DNA of 21,553 nt, from NCBI GenBank assembly GCA_048940445.1, contig JBHLON010000045.1:1-21553 (forward strand), given 5' to 3'. Both the position numbers and the translations under genes were made by a program. Each line of letters starts with the position of its first letter. The stretch's first letter is position 1. The DNA is from Promethearchaeota archaeon (lineage in GTDB: Archaea; Asgardarchaeota; Lokiarchaeia; Sigyniarchaeales; SOKP01). Under the pieces are notes generated by a model that saw nothing but the letters and a program-made list of their open reading frames with translations, did no database searches and was not told the origin of the DNA. This document shows, one piece after another, positions 17,348 to 21,553 of the stretch.

Positions 17348-20300
17348 TTATGGTATTCTGAATAACTGCTGTTCGGTCGCTGTAATAAAATAATAATACG
17401 GAGCGTTAAAATTATCTTCAGGGTAAAAACTCACCCATACTTGGGCATCATCGGGCCAACTTGCCCCCACTGGGATTGTAATATTGAAAAATCCATTACT
17501 GTATGTACTATTAACAGCACTTGTAATAATGTTTCCCAGACTATCCCTTATAGTGACATTAAGTTCCTTGAAGGCTATAGCAGTACCATTATCCCATCTT
17601 AAATAGCCATAAGCATACAGATCGTCTCCTTCATAGAATTGGTCTTTAACAACTCTGGTATCAAAATTACCATTAATATTAATACCAGCTGTTACATTTA
17701 TTGGAACAAGTATACTAGTCGATGGAATCATATAATTTATTAAAGAGATTCCGGATTCACTTATACTTCCAGTAAAGGTAACTTGTAGGTAATAATTCCC
17801 AGGAGTGCAGTTTAAAAGTATAGAATTATCAATATAAAAGTAATTACCATTAGAGACCACTCTAAATTGAGGGCCATTGAAATTTATATAGGTCGATACA
17901 TCTGCATATGCATCATTCAATAAGAACAAACCAATAGTTAGACCATCTAGATTGATTCCATTCTGCTGAAGATTACCATTAACATTAAATAATAGTACAT
18001 TTCTTTGAATTACATTTCTATTTGAGTTTATTGAAATTCCAATAGTCTCATTAATTACAATATAAGTAGTATTAAATGTGCTATAGGTATGATAATTTAC
18101 TCGTAATCTGATTAATCCAGCATGTAATGTGTTAATTGGAATATTAAATTGAGCAAATCCCGATTCATCAGGAAAAGTATAAGAAGAAATAAGATTGTCA
18201 GTGAAATCATCGTACAGATAAACGGTATTTCCCGTTTTTGATGATGCATGAATAACTTGGACTTGAATGTGTGCTGTTTCTCCAAAATGATAAGTTTCAG
18301 GAGGATTACCATTATCATAATAAGGCAGAGTTGGATTTCCTTCAATTGCTAAATTAATATTGAGACTTTCAGGATCAATCACTTTTAGTTCATGAGCACA
18401 AGCTATAATGTTATAAAAGTTAGGGAAAGCCAAGAAAAAGTCATGCTCATTATAGTAATTTCGAGGGCTTGAATACGAAAAAATTCCATTAAATTCAATT
18501 TGTAATGTATAATTTTTAGCAGGTGTAGAACTTAATACTGATAAAGTGAGATCAAATTCACCATTAATATCTAGTTGATAGGATCCGCCAATTAACCGAA
18601 GATAAGAAGTATAATCTGTAACTCCATCTGACATATAAACTGATATTCTCGCAAATTTGATAGGGATTCCATTTAATGAATCATTTACATACCCATGCAA
18701 ATTAAAGCTTGTTTGACCTCTATTAATTTCTCGAGGCATAGGTCCGCTTTCAAGATTTACATTTATTGGCTCATCCAAAATAAAATATGAATAATTATAG
18801 TTTGATCCCCACCTTGCTCTTAACAAATGCGGTCCTGCGATTGTAGAGAAACCAGTAGAATATAATATTTGAGTATACCCAGATGTAGTTAATGCACTAC
18901 CAATAGGAATCCCTTGGGTTACATCATAGAAATATATAACATTACCATCAGCTATAGGAGTTCCACCATAAGCTAAGTATACTAAGAGATCAAGATCTCC
19001 ATTTCGATTTATTATAGGTTGATTATAATTATCTGATGTGGTTCCATTTATCCAAAAGTTAAATGACAAGGATGTGGGGGTTGAAACTAATAATTCGTTT
19101 GTGAAAGCTGATGATGTATTTATCGCTGGAAGATTGAAGTAATAGGGTTGCCACATTTGATTAATTGGATCCCAATATCGCTCAATTGTTCCATTGAAGT
19201 CTAATCTTAGGGTATAGTTTCCAGTTGGAGTACTTGAAGCAACTTCAAATGGTAAATAAAAATATCCATTAAAATCTGTCCAAAAGAATTCGCCTGGAAT
19301 TAAAAAACTAGAAAAATCCCCTCCAAACCCCAATAATTTTAGGGTCAATTCACAATTACTTATGGGATTAAAATTAGTATTATCTAAAATTTCACCTTCA
19401 ATATAGAATTGTGTATTTGTAGCTCCTGTTGCTGTCCGATTAATTACTCTTGGTGTTGGTCCAGAAATGATATTTATCCAAGGTTCTTCATTTAAAATGA
19501 AATAAGAATAATTATCTTGCATATTATGTCTTGCATACAATAAATTTGGACCTATTAAACAATTGCCATCAATAAAATAATTGATTGATGCTATACCATT
19601 TACATCTGTTATATCATTACCTATTTCAATACCACCACGAGTGTCATCATAAAAATAAACTCTACGACCTTGAATTGGTCCAACATTTTCAAGAATTACT
19701 CTTGCAGTAAGATTTATACTATTATATCTATAAACTACAGGATTATATGGATCTTGAGCAGGATAACCATTAATGTAAAATAAAACTGATAATGCTTTAG
19801 TAATATTAAACCCAATTCTTTGACTAGAGTTTGTGATCGGACTATAAGTGAAGGGTATATCTAGGATTGGCAAATTAAATGTTCCATTGAAGTCTGTTCT
19901 TATCTCATATTGACCGGATGAAACTCCTGGATTGACATCAAGAATGTCATTAAAATTTCCATTAGGATCAGTGAATTGGGATGGAGGTATAAATGCATTA
20001 AAGATATTGTTATTTGTACCATATTGAAGTAAAACAAAATTTACTTCACCATTCTTAACTGCTTCCCCTTTTACGGGATCATATAAATATCCTTGAATAT
20101 TTGTGGTATCAGGTATGCTATCAGAACGGTTGACTGTAGTTGGATTAATATTTGTCAGTTTTACTTGAATTTCTCCTTCAATGATAAAGAAAGTATAATT
20201 TGCAACGAAAAAATCGAACCTTGCTTCGATCACATGGGGACCTACTATTTTTGAATCGTCAATATTAGTTAGAATAGAAGCTTCTCCATTAAAGTTTGTA

Positions 20301-21553
20301 AAGTTAGAACCAAGAATTTCTCCAGTACTTACGTCTCTAAAGGTAATACTTTTATTATCTATAGCTTCTGTTTTAGAACTCAAAAATGCCGTTATATTTG
20401 CCATATCTGGCCGATTATAAATAAATTTATCCGAGGAAACAGAGACGCTATAGTTGCCTCCGATTATTGGATTGCCTCCCGCTCCGAAACTATCAAATAA
20501 AACATCCATTTGTACCCATTGCCCATTACCTAAAACATCAGTAGGTATGTATATTTCTGCCCAATTGTATAGATTTCTATACTTAATTGAAAAAGTATAA
20601 TTCATTTCTACTGGATCCCAAAATTCTTGAATTCCAACGCTATTAAAACCATCAACAAATCTGCTAGCTATTCCAAATAATCTCGCAAAAACACAAAAAG
20701 CTGAAGCAAAGTCTGCCCAAACACCTTGCTGAGTTTCGCAAAACCAATCTACTGAATCTCTTCCATCTGGAGCAGGATTGTAATCATCTGGATTAAGAGG
20801 GAATGTAAAATAAGTTTGTAAATAATTTCTTATTTTGTTTGCTACTACAAATGCGTTATCATTCTTATTTATAGTATTGTTTAAGATAACATAATGATTA
20901 TACACATAAGGATTATTAGCTAAGTATACATTTATAGATGGTGGGAGCTGTAGATATCTGCTTTGAAGTGCGGGAGGTGTATATCGAGCTTCTACTGCAG
21001 ATGTGTTAATTTGATTGTTATCTGGCAGATCTAACCCAAATAAGTAGTAAGAAAGGTTTGTATCCTCTGTACTGCTAAAACTTGATTCTAATATCGAGCT
21101 ATTTAAATCATCAATATACAAAACTTCAGAACCGGGATTTAAAGTAGGAGGTACTGAGTAAATACTATCTTCCATAATAAACGGTCTTGGAAAAAGAGTT
21201 GGAATAACAAAAGAATTTACACCAATTCTTGGGGATAAAGGCATTCTTATTCTAAGTAAATCTTTATCCGAATGATAAGCAGAATAATTACTATAAGAGT
21301 AAAAATCAGATAATTGCGTGGCTGCGGTAGAGTGCCAACCATCGCCAGAATATTCATCAAAACATTCATATTTCCATAGTTTATTTGTCATATCTGTAAA
21401 AAAGTTATATTCATAAACTCGAAATACTTCTACTTCAGAAGCGAGTAAGGCTAATTGGCTTTGTGAGAAATTTCCCAGATCCAAATCCTGAATATCTCCA
21501 TCAAACATATCTTGGAGAGTATCTATTAATTGTTGAAGCTGATCTTGAGTTAA
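17348..21553 (-). CDS. Giant (>1400 aa) transglutaminase-like (TgpA-type) domain plus tandem Ig-like repeat protein, 5'-truncated by window edge
   Basis: RYLQLP, IRNYL, DSVDWF, GVWADFASAFCVFARLFGIASRFVDGF, NWAEIY and WVQMD motifs, followed by beta-rich repeats. The frame stays open from 21508 to the window end (LTQDQLQQLIDTLQD before the listed Met). Confidence 0.88.
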   Translation of the reverse strand, partial: LTQDQLQQLIDTLQDMFDGDIQDLDLGNFSQSQLALLASEVEVFRVYEYNFFTDMTNKLWKYECFDEYSGDGWHSTAATQLSDFYSYSNYSAYHSDKDLLRIRMPLSPRIGVNSFVIPTLFPRPFIMEDSIYSVPPTLNPGSEVLYIDDLNSSILESSFSSTEDTNLSYYLFGLDLPDNNQINTSAVEARYTPPALQSRYLQLPPSINVYLANNPYVYNHYVILNNTINKNDNAFVVANKIRNYLQTYFTFPLNPDDYNPAPDGRDSVDWFCETQQGVWADFASAFCVFARLFGIASRFVDGFNSVGIQEFWDPVEMNYTFSIKYRNLYNWAEIYIPTDVLGNGQWVQMDVLFDSFGAGGNPIIGGNYSVSVSSDKFIYNRPDMANITAFLSSKTEAIDNKSITFRDVSTGEILGSNFTNFNGEASILTNIDDSKIVGPHVIEARFDFFVANYTFFIIEGEIQVKLTNINPTTVNRSDSIPDTTNIQGYLYDPVKGEAVKNGEVNFVLLQYGTNNNIFNAFIPPSQFTDPNGNFNDILDVNPGVSSGQYEIRTDFNGTFNLPILDIPFTYSPITNSSQRIGFNITKALSVLFYINGYPAQDPYNPVVYRYNSINLTARVILENVGPIQGRRVYFYDDTRGGIEIGNDITDVNGIASINYFIDGNCLIGPNLLYARHNMQDNYSYFILNEEPWINIISGPTPRVINRTATGATNTQFYIEGEILDNTNFNPISNCELTLKLLGFGGDFSSFLIPGEFFWTDFNGYFYLPFEVASSTPTGNYTLRLDFNGTIERYWDPINQMWQPYYFNLPAINTSSAFTNELLVSTPTSLSFNFWINGTTSDNYNQPIINRNGDLDLLVYLAYGGTPIADGNVIYFYDVTQGIPIGSALTTSGYTQILYSTGFSTIAGPHLLRARWGSNYNYSYFILDEPINVNLESGPMPREINRGQTSFNLHGYVNDSLNGIPIKFARISVYMSDGVTDYTSYLRLIGGSYQLDINGEFDLTLSVLSSTPAKNYTLQIEFNGIFSYSSPRNYYNEHDFFLAFPNFYNIIACAHELKVIDPESLNINLAIEGNPTLPYYDNGNPPETYHFGETAHIQVQVIHASSKTGNTVYLYDDFTDNLISSYTFPDESGFAQFNIPINTLHAGLIRLRVNYHTYSTFNTTYIVINETIGISINSNRNVIQRNVLLFNVNGNLQQNGINLDGLTIGLFLLNDAYADVSTYINFNGPQFRVVSNGNYFYIDNSILLNCTPGNYYLQVTFTGSISESGISLINYMIPSTSILVPINVTAGININGNFDTRVVKDQFYEGDDLYAYGYLRWDNGTAIAFKELNVTIRDSLGNIITSAVNSTYSNGFFNITIPVGASWPDDAQVWVSFYPEDNFNAPYYYFITATEQQLFRIP
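17760..20455 (-). repeat. Four degenerate ~235-240-aa tandem protein repeats (paired Ig-like domains)
   Basis: Recurring motifs (F/Y)xD, GPH/GPN/GLI, NY(T/S)(F/Y)FI, (V/I)NR/IQR and (G/K)(Q/N)Y.....F(N/T)G at ~700-720-nt spacing. Units start near 20455, 19740, 19017 and 18293. Confidence 0.8.

Noticed and set aside
18112-18345. 77-aa alternative-frame ORF with a hydrophobic stretch inside the giant gene
   Set aside because: Fully nested in another frame of a repeat-bearing CDS. Its hydrophobicity is expected from AT-rich off-frame translation.
1-21553. tRNA, rRNA, CRISPR arrays, IS elements
   Set aside because: All intergenic gaps are 140 nt or shorter and AT-rich. No repeat-spacer pattern, cloverleaf, or transposase/integrase ORF was seen.

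Overview
AT-rich prokaryotic DNA, most consistent with an Asgard (Lokiarchaeia-like) archaeon. This is inferred from gene content and protein style, not from a search. The window has three blocks. (1) 1-4212: the 3' part of a bacterial/eukaryal-type tpiA, a hypothetical protein that looks like a longin plus roadblock fusion, and a chimeric LeuRS (bacterial-type core, archaeal-type C-terminal domain, zinc-ribbon insertion before KMSKS). (2) 4349-9556 (+): a tightly packed cofactor operon joining LipS2 / lipoate ligase / LipS1 lipoate assembly to F420 biosynthesis (FbiB-like CofE-nitroreductase fusion and CofD). (3) 9553-21553 (-): a co-directional cluster of at least 7 genes that runs off the right edge. 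It encodes a giant Ig-repeat protein with an apparently dead transglutaminase-like domain, an Ig-TM-DUF4129-like protein, a stand-alone paralogous DUF4129-like protein, a DUF4350/GIFT-like membrane protein, a MoxR AAA+ ATPase, a DUF58/vWA protein and a polytopic coiled-coil membrane protein. Block 3 is the best candidate for an undescribed system: a MoxR-powered cell-surface assembly or sensing machine built around a pseudo-transglutaminase. No RNA genes, CRISPR arrays or mobile elements were seen.
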